A stretch of 64,000 bases of DNA from an uncultured Gemmataceae bacterium. Its GTDB lineage: Bacteria > Planctomycetota > Planctomycetia > Gemmatales > Gemmataceae. The stretch spans positions 544,001-608,000 of the forward strand of contig CAVVPN010000003.1 in assembly GCA_963750165.1 (NCBI GenBank), read 5' to 3'. Below the pieces are notes generated by a model, which searched no databases, was not told the origin of the DNA, and saw only the letters and a list, made by a program, of their open reading frames with translations. Positions within the stretch are counted from its first letter, which is position 1. The number at the start of each line of letters is the position of its first letter. The position numbers were made by a program, and so were the translations under genes. Below, piece after piece: positions 9,633 to 21,100 of this stretch.

Positions 9633-10784
9633 ATGACCATGTCGCACCTTTTTGCCGTCTCGGTTCTCTTCATGGCGGGTGCAGCGGTTCAATCACCCGG
9701 CAACCCGGACAAGGAGTTCTCGGCTCTCAAGAAAGAATACGAAGCCGATGACAAGAAACTGAGGGAGTTGATCGAACCGTTGCTCAAGCAACGCGACGCC
9801 ACGAAAGACAAGGAGGAAGAACATCAGCTGAACCTGAAGGCCGAGGCGCTGCTCAGCGAACGAGCGCGGAAATACGCGGCCAGGTTCCTGGCGTTCGCGG
9901 AAGCCCATCCGCAAGCCCCGGCAGCTTTTGAGGCGTTGGTCCTTGCCCTGCGTGCGGGGGGCCAGTACGCGGTTGACTCGGGCGTGCGTTGGAAAGTCAT
10001 CGATCGGTTGACCGATTACGCCGCCAGCCCCAAGATCAAGGAGATTCTGCGCCAGGCCACGGGCATTCCCCATGAATCCGCCGACAGGCTGGCGCGGGAA
10101 GTCATCAAGAAAAACCCGGACCGCACGATCCAGGCGCTGGCCTGCCAGGGCACAGCCGATGGCTTGTGGTTGGTGGCCCGCGCTGCCGAGAAGGCCAGGA
10201 CCGACGCCGGGAGACGAGCGGACCTCGAACGCCGGGTCGGCAAGAAATACGCCGAGCAGGCCCTCGCCGGAGTGGCCAAGGCCCGCAAGGACGCCGCGGC
10301 GTGGGACGCCATCGTCTGGAAGAATTACGCGGACGTTGTTTTTGATTCATCGGTCGGCAAGCCGGCCCCGGAATTGATCGGCAGCGATCTCGCGGGCAAG
10401 GAAGTGCGGCTGAGCACTCTCAAGGGCAAGGTGGTGGTCCTGGAGGTGTGGGCCTCTTCGGAGCGCACCTGTCGGGGCGTGATCCCGCTGCAACGAGAAT
10501 TGGTGGAGCGGCACAAGGGCAGTCCCTTCGTATTCGTCGGGATCAGCGCTGACAAGAAGAAGGAAACCCTCCTGGAATTCCTGGCCCGGGAGCCCCTGCC
10601 CTGGACGCACTGGTGGAACGGCAGCGAGGGCGGCATACTCTCGGCCTGGAAGATCAGCGTCCTGCCGACCGTCATTGTTCTGGATGCGAAAGGGGTCATT
10701 CGTTATCGAGCCGCGGGCAATGAAGGCATTGCCGGTATGCACCGCGCCGTCGATAGGTTGCTCAAGGAACTGAAGGATAGGTAA
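9633..10784 (+). CDS. Secreted TlpA/redoxin-family thioredoxin-fold protein
   Basis: Signal peptide; GKPAPELIGSDLAGKEVRLSTLKGKVVVLEVWA...LPTVIVLDAKGVIRY. Confidence 0.85.
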   Translation: MTMSHLFAVSVLFMAGAAVQSPGNPDKEFSALKKEYEADDKKLRELIEPLLKQRDATKDKEEEHQLNLKAEALLSERARKYAARFLAFAEAHPQAPAAFEALVLALRAGGQYAVDSGVRWKVIDRLTDYAASPKIKEILRQATGIPHESADRLAREVIKKNPDRTIQALACQGTADGLWLVARAAEKARTDAGRRADLERRVGKKYAEQALAGVAKARKDAAAWDAIVWKNYADVVFDSSVGKPAPELIGSDLAGKEVRLSTLKGKVVVLEVWASSERTCRGVIPLQRELVERHKGSPFVFVGISADKKKETLLEFLAREPLPWTHWWNGSEGGILSAWKISVLPTVIVLDAKGVIRYRAAGNEGIAGMHRAVDRLLKELKDR

Positions 10785-10819
10785 GCCCGGGACCGCGATA
10801 GCATAGTGGACCCCGAAAA

Positions 10820-10900
10820 CTGGATCGCCAATGCCGCCTCAAAGGACCCAGGACCGTCAATGAGTTGGCCAGCCAGTACGGGGTCCGCCCGACTCACCCA
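10820..10900 (+). pseudogene. IS3-family transposase OrfA scrap
   Basis: Translates as KGPRTVNELASQYGVRPT, matching the IS3 OrfA HTH consensus KG.RTVNELAS.YGVHPT. Confidence 0.5.
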
Positions 10901-11318
10901 TCAAGACGACGGACACCGACAGTAATGTTGCGGTGGGACTGATCGATGGGCCGAGTGGTGGCGCCAAATCGTCGTTGGTGCAGGCGATACTCAAGGATCC
11001 TTGCCGGTGCTACGGCCGCCACCGCAGTCCTTTCGGTAGCCGGCACTGTCGTAATAACGCCCAAGTTGTCCTCAAGACCAATGAGGCAACCGCGTCCTGT
11101 CGAAGGGGTGTCCCCTCACACCGCCGTGGTAGATCGAGGGAGAACAGCCAATCAAACAGGGCAGTGGCCCTGGAAGGCGGGCCTGCGCGCCGAGGGCAAC
11201 CGGACCGACAGATTACCTCGGTGCGCTGGGCAAACCGGCTGGCGAGAGGTTCCTTGTAACCGAAGGGCGCAAGCCGCCGGCCTCACAGATCGTCCAGCCG
11301 TAAACAGCAGGAAACTCG

Positions 11319-12038
11319 TCAGCCACACACCTCGACGCCGGCCCTCCGTCCTCGTCGCAGGACCCACCAGGCGGCGGGCGACAGAGCCGTGATCGCGAGC
11401 AGCAGTGATGACGGCTCCGGCACCACGGCCGACCCCGAACCGCTCACAGTGATCGTCCCGTCCGGCGCGTTGAAACTGAGGTTGTTGTCCTGGTCGTCCG
11501 AAAGGCTGGTCGTCGGATAGGACAGGAACGAGACAGTGACCGGGCCGTTCGGCGTGCCCGCGGCGACGTTGAACGACACGTGAGCCAGGCCCACCGTTTC
11601 ACCCGACCCCAGTGACGTGCCGCCGACGGCGGCGAAATCGGAGGCCGTCAACGAGAGGCCCGGCGCGGACGGGGCGATGTCCGGCCCGAACAGGGAGTTG
11701 CCCACGGACGTGGTGATGTCCGGCCCGAACAGAGAGTTGCCAGCGAAGACGTACGGTAACGTCGTGTTGATCTGGGCGTCCGTGAACGTGATATTCGACG
11801 ACGAACTCTGGATGCCGAACGAAAAGCCGGCGATCGTCACCGCGCTGGAACCGGAATTGGTCAGCGTGATTTCGAGGTCATTGCTCGTTGAGCCGGCAGT
11901 TGCCGTGGTCGATTGTACGTTCAAGGTCAGTATGAAACCCGCCGAGGCGGGTGCGACGGCGAGTAGCAGCACTGCCACGGCGACGGCCAGGTACCGGAAC
12001 TCCGCGAAGGAGCAAGAACGGTTGGGTGAGTGGTTCAT
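11319..12038 (-). CDS. PEP-CTERM surface protein with a cohesin-like beta-sandwich
   Basis: Signal peptide ending ASA; C-terminal VPEPSSLLLAITALSPAAWWVLRRGRR; body follows cohesin-like strand pattern ending DGTITV. Confidence 0.85.
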   Translation of the reverse strand: MNHSPNRSCSFAEFRYLAVAVAVLLLAVAPASAGFILTLNVQSTTATAGSTSNDLEITLTNSGSSAVTIAGFSFGIQSSSSNITFTDAQINTTLPYVFAGNSLFGPDITTSVGNSLFGPDIAPSAPGLSLTASDFAAVGGTSLGSGETVGLAHVSFNVAAGTPNGPVTVSFLSYPTTSLSDDQDNNLSFNAPDGTITVSGSGSAVVPEPSSLLLAITALSPAAWWVLRRGRRAGVEVCG

Positions 12039-12145
12039 GAAGCATTCCTCAAGTCAGAGTAACGAAGGTCTTTTCCATCCATCCTACCAACGCCGGCGTT
12101 TCGTGTCCCCCGCCGCCGGCCTCCTGGACACAGGGCCGGAGTCGG

Positions 12146-15100
12146 TTACAGGTGGGCTCCGATCCGGCTGCGTGCGAGCCCCATGTCCGTGTTGTCCACC
12201 ACGCCGTCGCCGTTGATGTCCATGAAGATGTCGTAGGGCTGGCCGATGGCGTTCCGGACCGCAACCACGTCGGCAGCGTCCACGGCCCCGTGGCCGAGGG
12301 TGTCGCCGTAGAGGACATTGAAATTCTGCGCGAAACCATCGCCCAGCGTATTCCCGGCCGCGTCCTTGACGGCGTCGGGACCGCTGCCGGCCAGCAAGGT
12401 CGAAAACGCGCCAATGGTCAGGGGGCTGATGGTCCAGGTCAGGCTATCGGTGCCCAGACCGCTGAAGCCGGTGACGCTGAGGCCCGCGAGGCTGTTGGCG
12501 TCGGCGGAGGCGATCGGCTTGCTGAAGACGACTTCGATGCCGGTGATCTGCCAGGGCAGGTCGAAGCGTGCCGAGCCGATCAGGTCGTACTTCTGCGAGC
12601 CGAACAGGACGTAGAAGTGCAGCACCGTCGGGGCGGTCGTGTCGATGACCAGGTTGCTGTTGGCGCTGAGCGACCCTGCGGTTCCGGGCGCGGACAGGGC
12701 GAGCAGTGCAGGGTTGGGGTTGTTGTCGGTGTCGGCGATACTGCCGCCCTCGAGCGCCAGGGCGAAGGACGTGGCGGCGTCGAGGCGAGCGCTGTTCTCG
12801 CCGGCACCGACGACGTAGGTGAAGGAGAGGGTGCTCGTGCCGCTGCCGCTGGTGTACTGGGCCGTGCCGCCGGAATTGAGCGCCAGCTGCGGGGTGCCTG
12901 TCACAACCACCGGCTTGCTGAAGGTGACCTGGACCAGGATGGTGGTCCCAATGCCGTAGGTCCCGTTCGCCGTCGTCGTGGTGACGTTTGTCACCGCCGG
13001 GGCGACGGTGTCGATGACCAGGTTGCTGCTGGCACCGAGCGACCCGGGGCCACCGGCGGACGCCAGCGTCAGCACGACCGCGTTCCCATCGGCGTCGCGG
13101 ATGGCGCCGCCATTGAGGGACAGCGCGTTCGAGTCGGTGTAGTCGAGGTGACTGCTGTTCTGGCCACCGGCCACGACGTAGGTGAACACGAGCGTGCTGG
13201 AGCCACTGCCGCGGGTGTACGAGGCCGTGCCGCCAGAATCGAGCGCCAGCTGCGGCGTGCCGGTGACGTTGACGGTCCCGTTGAAGCTCACGCTCATCAG
13301 GATCGTGGCGCCGACGCCGTAGGTTCCGTTCGCCGTCGTCGTGGTGACACTGATCACCGTCAGGGACGAGTTGACGTCCTGCTCGAGGGCAACGGGCGTG
13401 CTGCTCGGCAGAGAGTCGTCCTGGCCGGTATAGGAGGCGGTAATGAAATGCTGGCCGACGGACAGGGTCGAAACGGGGAGCGTCGCCACCCTCCCGACCA
13501 GATCGCTGGTCCCAAGCACGGCCTGGCCGTCGTAGAAGGTGACGCTGCCCGCCGGGACGACACCGCCGGTCGCGGACTGGACGGTGGCCGAGAAGGTGAC
13601 CGTCTGGCCGTAGACCGACCCCGACGGTGCGTCGGAAGTCAGCGTGGTCGTGGTGGCCGAGGCAACGGCGACATCGGAGATGCTGACGGAGCCGTTGAGC
13701 TGCGACGCGTCCGAACCGCCGATGAAGCGGAAGACGAGCCGTCCCGCAAGGCCTTGCAGAGAGGAGATGTCCAGGGTGACAACCTCGGAGCCGCTTGTCG
13801 CGCTCGCCGTAACGGTGACCCCCGTTGCTGCGACAGGCGTCGAGCCGGGCACCACGTCCTGGGCAAAGAACGAGTCGGTCTGCCCCTCAGCCGAGGGGAC
13901 CAGGGTGGCCTGCGTGGTCGGGTCGAGGAGCGAAACTCCGAATGCGTCCGGTGTGGCGCCGGACGGCACGGATTGATCGTACGTGAAGCCGTTGACGGTG
14001 AACGTGAGGGTCGATGCGCCGGTGGGGATGAGGAAGTCCTGGTACAGATCGACTTCGGCGTTCGTCGCGCTCTCGCTGATGACCGCCTGGTGGTTCGCGT
14101 TCACAATCACGTACTGCGGCTCGGACGTGGACCAGGCGGCCAGGTTGTTGGATCCCTGGTTGAACTGACCGTTGGTGAACGGCCCGACCGGCCCGGACGG
14201 CGGCGAGAGCAACAGCGGCTCCCCGTAGGCCGCGATCGGTGTGATGCTCGACTGGGCCAGCGGTAATGTGAACTGCGTGGCGCCGGAGGGTGTGCCCGAG
14301 GTTGTGCCGGAACTGGTTATCGGGGTCTGTGTCGAGGTCAGGGTCGTGGGCGTGGGTGGCGGAGAAGCGGCGTTCGCGACCGCCGCCACAGTGCCTGGGT
14401 TCGAAATGGCGGCGACCGTCCCGGTGCCGGTGGGTTGAGCGGTCTGGTCGATCGGGTCGAGCGCCAGCAGGTCTGCGAGTTGCGGGATGCGCCGCACCCC
14501 GGGCGTGATGGTGAGGTCCATCAGGTCGTGGGGTTCGGCGGAGTTATCGACGTCGGGCAACCCGAGCACGTGGCCCATTTCGTGTTCGACAACGGTGAGC
14601 AAATCGACCGCGCCGTAGGCCGGGCTGCTGCTGGTGGCGTCGAACTCAGTCGGCACAACGGTCTGGCTGAATACGGAGTTGTCCTCCGGGGTGGGGTCGA
14701 TGAACCATCCCGTGCCGGCTGCATCGGGGCTGATGGTGACGACGTTGACCGTGGTCGAGCCGACCTCATCAGCCGGCAGGGTGCCGATCTGGTAGGTGGC
14801 GGTTTGCAGCGCCTGGATCTGCGCGGCGGACGCGCCGGCCGCGGCCCAGTCGGCGATGGCCTGGGCGACGACGGTGCCGAGGATGTTCGGGGTGACCGTT
14901 TCGGACGCCGGGACCGTGCTCGGCGCCGGGGTGGGATCTTGGAGTAGAGCCTGTTGGGGGAGGGGTTGTGGGCTGGGTGCAGCAATGCGCACGTGGTAGT
15001 GCCCGTTGTGCCCAGAGGACCAACTAACGAACCCGACAAAGCCACTGGCAGGGTCATGCCAGAAGTAAGGGTCGTCGTAGAAAATCTGACCGACCGTGGG

Positions 15101-18100
15101 TGCCGTAGCATTCGCTTGGGCGTTCAATTGCTTAAAGTCGTTGAACTGGTTGATCAACAATGGCCTCACCACGTTCAGGTAGACTGGGTCGTAGGCCAGC
15201 AAACCCAGATCGTACAGCAAGGAGAGTTTGGCCTTGGCATTCGAACCCAGCAACTCGGTGGCGGGAACGGGCAGCCAGCCTTGCCAAACGCCCGTTCCGA
15301 TAAACAGGCTCTGAAGTGTGTCGGCCACAGAGCGGACCGCGAACACGTTCGTTCCTTGCGCATTCGTTCCGTAGTATTCCCACAAGACGCCAACGCCGGG
15401 CACAGTGCCCGAGGGATCTTGTGCCGCCGCGAGGCCGTAGAGCGCGGCGGTCGGTCCAGTCTTTTGATTGAACCACTGGAAGAACAAATGCGCGTTGGGG
15501 GCAATTCCTTCAGCGACATGGATCGGCCCTGTCGGATCAACGTCGAATTCGATACCACCTTGATGATCGTGGTGGGAAGGGTTCTTTTTCCCCGGCGCCC
15601 AGAACGGGCCACCCTGGGACAGACTGATGTCGCCGATCTGGAAATTATAGAAATCGAACGGATTGTAAGTGGCCACCTTTGTGACGGCAGCCAGCACCTG
15701 TCCGATCCATTGCGTTCCCCACGTGACGGAACTGTTGGTGAGGGCTGGGGAGTGGAGATTGTAGAAGCCGGAGTAAGGGCTCGCTTGAGCCAGTTGATTC
15801 CAAACCTGGGCGTTCGCCGCATTGAGGTAGGACAAGGTCTGCAGCGGGTCTTGAGAGGCTGTGACAACGCCCGATTGCGCTGCGACCGTGTAATTACCGT
15901 TTTGTCCGGTCACCAGAGCCGCTTGGAACAGCTTGATTGCATAAATCGTTGCGTCATCCGGTTGACCGTTCACCACAAGTCCCTCTGGCTGCGGTGTGTA
16001 TGGGGCGGGGAACGGGACCATGCTACGTGCGCCGGGAATTGTCGTCATTGTCGTCGGCGCGGCGGTGGTCTCGGGATAACCGAGGTAGCGGAGACGCTGT
16101 TGGACGCGGTAGACGTCGAGGGCATAGTCGAGGACGAAATTGGAGCCAGATTGGGGGGAAACGTCGATGGCGTTATTCGCCGGACCGACCGCTCTCGTGT
16201 CGAGCGAAAACGAAGAGTAATCGGGAGAACCGTTGTTGCCGATGCGGACGTACAGAGTCCCGTATTGACGGCCGTACCCAGGATAGGTAAAGGAAAAGGT
16301 CCCCCACACCCAGGTGGCAGGAGGAATGATGCCGTTCCGCAGTCCCAACACCTCCTGATCCGTGATCTTGGGAGCGAGGTAGAAAATGCCGGTGCTTGCG
16401 AAACTTGAGCTGGCGGTAGGCTGCAGGCCTGGGCTGATGAGGTTCGGCGGCTGAACAATGTCGAATTGGGCCGGCATGGTGTTTGGGGCGGGCGGAGTGT
16501 ACAGCAAGACGTCGGCGCCCGAGGCGTCAAAGGAATTGATGTCGAGAATGAAATCGGACGCGCCGTGAATCAGATCCTTCAAATTCTCTTCGACGATGTC
16601 TCCGTAGCCGTGTGGTCCCGAACCGGTGTCTACCACGATGTTATCGTTGGCAAACTGCTGGGAGCCGGACGTTTGAAGGTACTCGGGGCTGCCGGTGTCG
16701 CTGTCGCCGGAAGTGACGCCGACGAGGTACGACTGCATGGCCAGCCCGTGCGGGAGGCCGCCGATGGCGATGGGCGGCTCATCCCCAGGCGCCGGGTTGA
16801 CGGGCTCGAACGACGGGGCGTACGAATCGATCAGGCTCGGGTTGTACACGACGGACGGCGGCAACTGATAGTTGGCATCGACGTCGATGGCCGGATTGAC
16901 CGCGTCGATGCCCTGGACCGTCAGGATTCCCGGGGCTTCCTGGAGGACTTGCGCGATGTTATCAGGCAGGCCCGTGTTGTTCAGTGTGTCACTGATCTGC
17001 CGGATATCATACACCATCAGCGCCCCGGACCCACCCGTGACCGGGATGCCCGCGAAACTGGCGTACAGGTAGTTGCCGTCAGGCGAGACGGCAAGATCGA
17101 ACGGATACCCGTTGGGGATGGTGCGCGTCGCCGCAACGAGCTTCGGGTCGGTGAATGGGTTGGCGATGATGCCAATGGTGCTGCCGGCGGGGTTGAAGGC
17201 CGGGACGCCCTGGTTGTGGCTCGGGATGTTCGGATCCGGAAGGTTGTAGCCGGCGACGAAGGCGTACTTCCCGTCCGGTGTAATGGCGACGGCGCGCGCG
17301 TTGTTGACTTCGAACTCGTCATTCGCATTTCCCTGGAAACTGAACCCGGTAAAGTTGGCCGTCGTGCCCCCCTTGGTGATCAGCCCGAAGGCCTGGTCGT
17401 TGTGCACATAGTCGGTGAATGTGATGCTGTCGTCAGGCCCGGCGGTGACGCCGAACGGGTCCTGGCCCGCGTCGATCGAGTTCACCAACTGCCAGGATGG
17501 GATTTTGTTAGAACCGAGGGTCAGGTCGATGACGAAAATGTGGCCGTTGGCCGGCACGGGCGGCGTGGGCGGCAGTTCCTCGGTAGGGAGCGTGTTGGGC
17601 ACAGCGACGTAGAGCCGGCTGCCGTCGCTGTTGATCGCCAGGCCGCGTAACCCGTACGGGGCGGGGTTGATCCCCCCGAACTGCTGGACGACGGCGTTGG
17701 TCGGATCATCGAGGTTGATCGTGTATCTCAGGGTGTTGTAATGGGGCGACGCCGGGTCAATGTCGATGACGTAAACGAGTGGGTGTGACTCGTCGGTCAC
17801 GTAGGCGTACTGGTCGGCGGGATCGATCGTGATCTGGTACGGGGCGGCGTAGGGTGGAAGCCCGGTGACAGTGGCGACTTGCCGGAGCGCCATGGCATCG
17901 ACCACCGCGATACCCTGATAACCAAGCTCCGTGACGTACGCCCGGGTGTTGTCATGGGTCACCGCCACGTCTCCGGGGAAACTACCCGAGCCCAGCGAGA
18001 TCTCCGCCACGAGCTGGTTGAAGTTCGGGTTGGCGGTGGTCTGGGTGGGGTCATTTAAGTTCACCAGCACGGGCCGTGCGTCGAGCACCGCGAGCTGACC

Positions 18101-21100
18101 CAGGCTGTTCTGGCCCGAGCTGTATTGGGCCGCAAACAGGTAGCCGCCGGTGGGAGTCAGACTCGGCGCGTTGCTGACCAGTTCCTCGTTGGTGTCCGGG
18201 TCCAGCTTGGTAATGTCCACCGTCAGCGTGCCCACGGCGAGCGTCGGGGGCACCTGGACCTGGACCAGGGTGTCGGTGGGGGAGCCGACGACCTGAGCCG
18301 CCATGGGCGTGCCTTGACCGGGCGGGTTGAACCAAACGTTGGGGGTGGTCCCGCCGGGGCCCAACAGGTTCTGCCCCGAAATGTCCAGCAAGGGAGTCGT
18401 CTGGTTGAAGTCCAACTTCAGTGAGGTAATCTGGGCCACCTGTGGCTCGTAGCTCGGGTCCGGCATGAAGGTCGTCTGGAAGGTGTTGGCGGCGTCGGCG
18501 TTGATGCCGATCTGCTGCACCTGCGCGAGGGGTGGGCCGAGGACAGGGATGGAGACAAACTTGAACGTGTTCGGGCCGACGGGCGCCGTCAGAAGCAGCG
18601 TGGTCAGGGCGGCGGTGGTCGCGGTCAGGGCGTAGACGCCCGCGGTCGTGCCAACCAGGAATGCTCCGGTCGCGGTGAAGCCGGCGCCAAGGGTGATGCT
18701 CGCGGTCAGGAGGGCGGTGTTGACGGCAACCGCCGCCGCGACGTAGATGCCCGGTAGCCAGATGTGAGGGTACTGCGAGGCCGGCCGGGCATACCCGTCG
18801 GTGCCGATCACACCGCTGTCCGTTTGCAGCCAGAGCGACACGGTCCCGCCGCTGCCGTCCGGCATGCTTCCGTATCGGTAGAAGACCACGGTCGTGCCCG
18901 GGGTCACACCAGGCATCGGAATCGCCACTTCGACTGGTTGATTCAAGCTGGCACCACCAAAATCCAGATTAAACGGGCTGGCGGCCGTGACCCAGTTCGG
19001 CAGGGTAAGAGGTAGTGTCCCCTGGTATGGGGTGATGCTCACCTGTGCCGGCTGACTCAGCGCTCCTGGCGGTATCTTCACCAGGGCGCCGTTGGCCGCG
19101 CTCACGACCCCGCCGACCGGCCCAACCGTTGCCGGGCCCACCAGGGGCGGGCTGCCCGTTACCGGAACCACCAATTCCTGGCCGTTCTGGATGACCGTCA
19201 CCTTCGCGCTACCCGGCGCGACCACCGTGACCAGCCCGTCGGCACTTACCTGAGCGACGGCGGTGTTACTCGAAAAGTACAGCGCGCCAGAGGCGGCCTC
19301 GCTGGCGTCCTGGCCGTCCTGGGTAACTTCCAGTTGACGGCTGCTCCCGGGCGCCAGGGCGAGCGCCTGGGGATAGACTGCCAGGCCGGTGTAATCGGGT
19401 GTTGCGTCAAGGTCCGGGTCGTCAACGTTCACCACCGTCGCCGCCTGGATGCCGTGGCTGGAAACGACGAGCGCGGCGCTGCCCGGCGCGACCGCGGTGA
19501 GCTGACCCGTCGCGGCCACCGTCGTCACGGTCGGGTCGGTGGTCTGAAACGTCACGTAACTGGCCGGCAGCGCCACGCCCTGCTGGTCCGCGAAGTCGCC
19601 GGTGATCGTCATCTGCTGGGTGTCGCCCGGGTTGAGTTCCGGTGCGCGATCGGTGATGTCCAGCCCCACGAGTGCGGCGCTGCTCACCGTCACCGACACC
19701 GTGCCCGCGGGCGAGGTGCCGTACCCGTCGTCCGCCTGGAACTGGAAGCTCGCGGGGCCAGTGTACCCCGGCGCGGGTGTGAACGTCACCGTGTGCCCGT
19801 CCGGGTTCAGCACGGCTGTGCCGTCCTGAGCGCTCATCACCCGATAGTAGAGCGGATCGCCCAGCGGGTCGGTCGCGAGCGTCAACAGATCGACCGTCGT
19901 CGGCAAGTCCTGGTGCGTCAGCGCCTGACCGGCCGTGACGGACGGCGGCTGGCTCGACTGGAACCCCAGGTCGGCCGCCAGCAACTGCTCGTCGGCCGCG
20001 CTCACCGTCCCGTCCAGGTTCGCATCCGCCCCGAGCACATACCCCGGCTGACCCACCGACGTACCCAGCGCCGCAGCCAGCAACTGCCCGTCCACCCCGT
20101 TCACCGTGCCGTCGCCGTTCACGTCCCCGGCCACGAACGGCCGCAGCGAGTACCCGCCCGAGGTCCCGTTGGCACTCGGCACATCGAGCAGCTCCAGCCC
20201 CTCGCTCGTGATCGTGAACAGGGCGAACGAACCATTCGGACCGGAACTCGTCATCAGCGGCGTCAGCCCGGCGATCACCGGAATGCCCGGCTGGAGCGAA
20301 CTCCCGGCGGTGGGCGTCACCTGCACTCCAAGGTAGATCTCGCCGCTGTTGGTGGACCCGATCTCCGAAGCGCGGAACGTGAATACGTACCGGTCCGTGC
20401 CGCCCGCGGAGAGCGTGCCGGTCTGCGTACTCGTCAGGAATTGACCCGAAGTGCCCAGGTTTGCCGTCAGCGGCAGCACCAGCGGGGCCGGGGTGTACTG
20501 CACCACGGCGCTGTCACTGGCCACCGGCGAAACGATCAGATCCAGGAGGTGGGTGCCGGCCGAGTACCCGTACCGGCTCGACTGCCCCAGCGCGATGTTC
20601 CGCGCCGACATCAGATTGCCGGCCGAATCGTAGCTGTAAACTACCTGGCTCCCGTCGGACGCAGTGATCGTGGCGATGCGCCCTTGCGCGTCCGTCACAA
20701 ACGTAAGCGTGTCGCCGGTGGAACTGGTGATGCCGCCGTTGGTGAAGTACAGTACCGTCCCACCCGGCGTGGTTTCCTCCACGAGCTTGCCGGTGGCGCT
20801 CAGGTCGTACACGGTGCCGTCCGGACCTGTCAGCGTGTACGCCGCGCCGCTGAATTGTCCGCTGGCCGGGTTGTACGGCACCGCCGTCTTCAGGTCATAG
20901 AACCGATCGCCTGCCTTCACCAGGACACCGCCCGCGGAGGAGAGCATCCAGTTCATGCCCGGATCCGCCTGCCAGGCCGGAGTGTAGTACGTCACACCCG
21001 TTTGCGTGTGCGCCACCGGCTCGAAGGTGAACCCCACACGGCTGCCGTCCGGCAGCGTCAGGTACAACCGGGTTCCGACCCGGAACGGGTTGTACACACC

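Noticed and set aside
10933..10990. P-loop-like scrap VGLIDGPSGGAKSSLVQA
   Set aside because: Possibly a decayed NTPase fragment, but there is no continuing domain
20560..20840. Classical RHS toxin
   Set aside because: Only a few YD-like repeats; no RHS core, DPxG cleavage motif or C-terminal toxin/immunity pair
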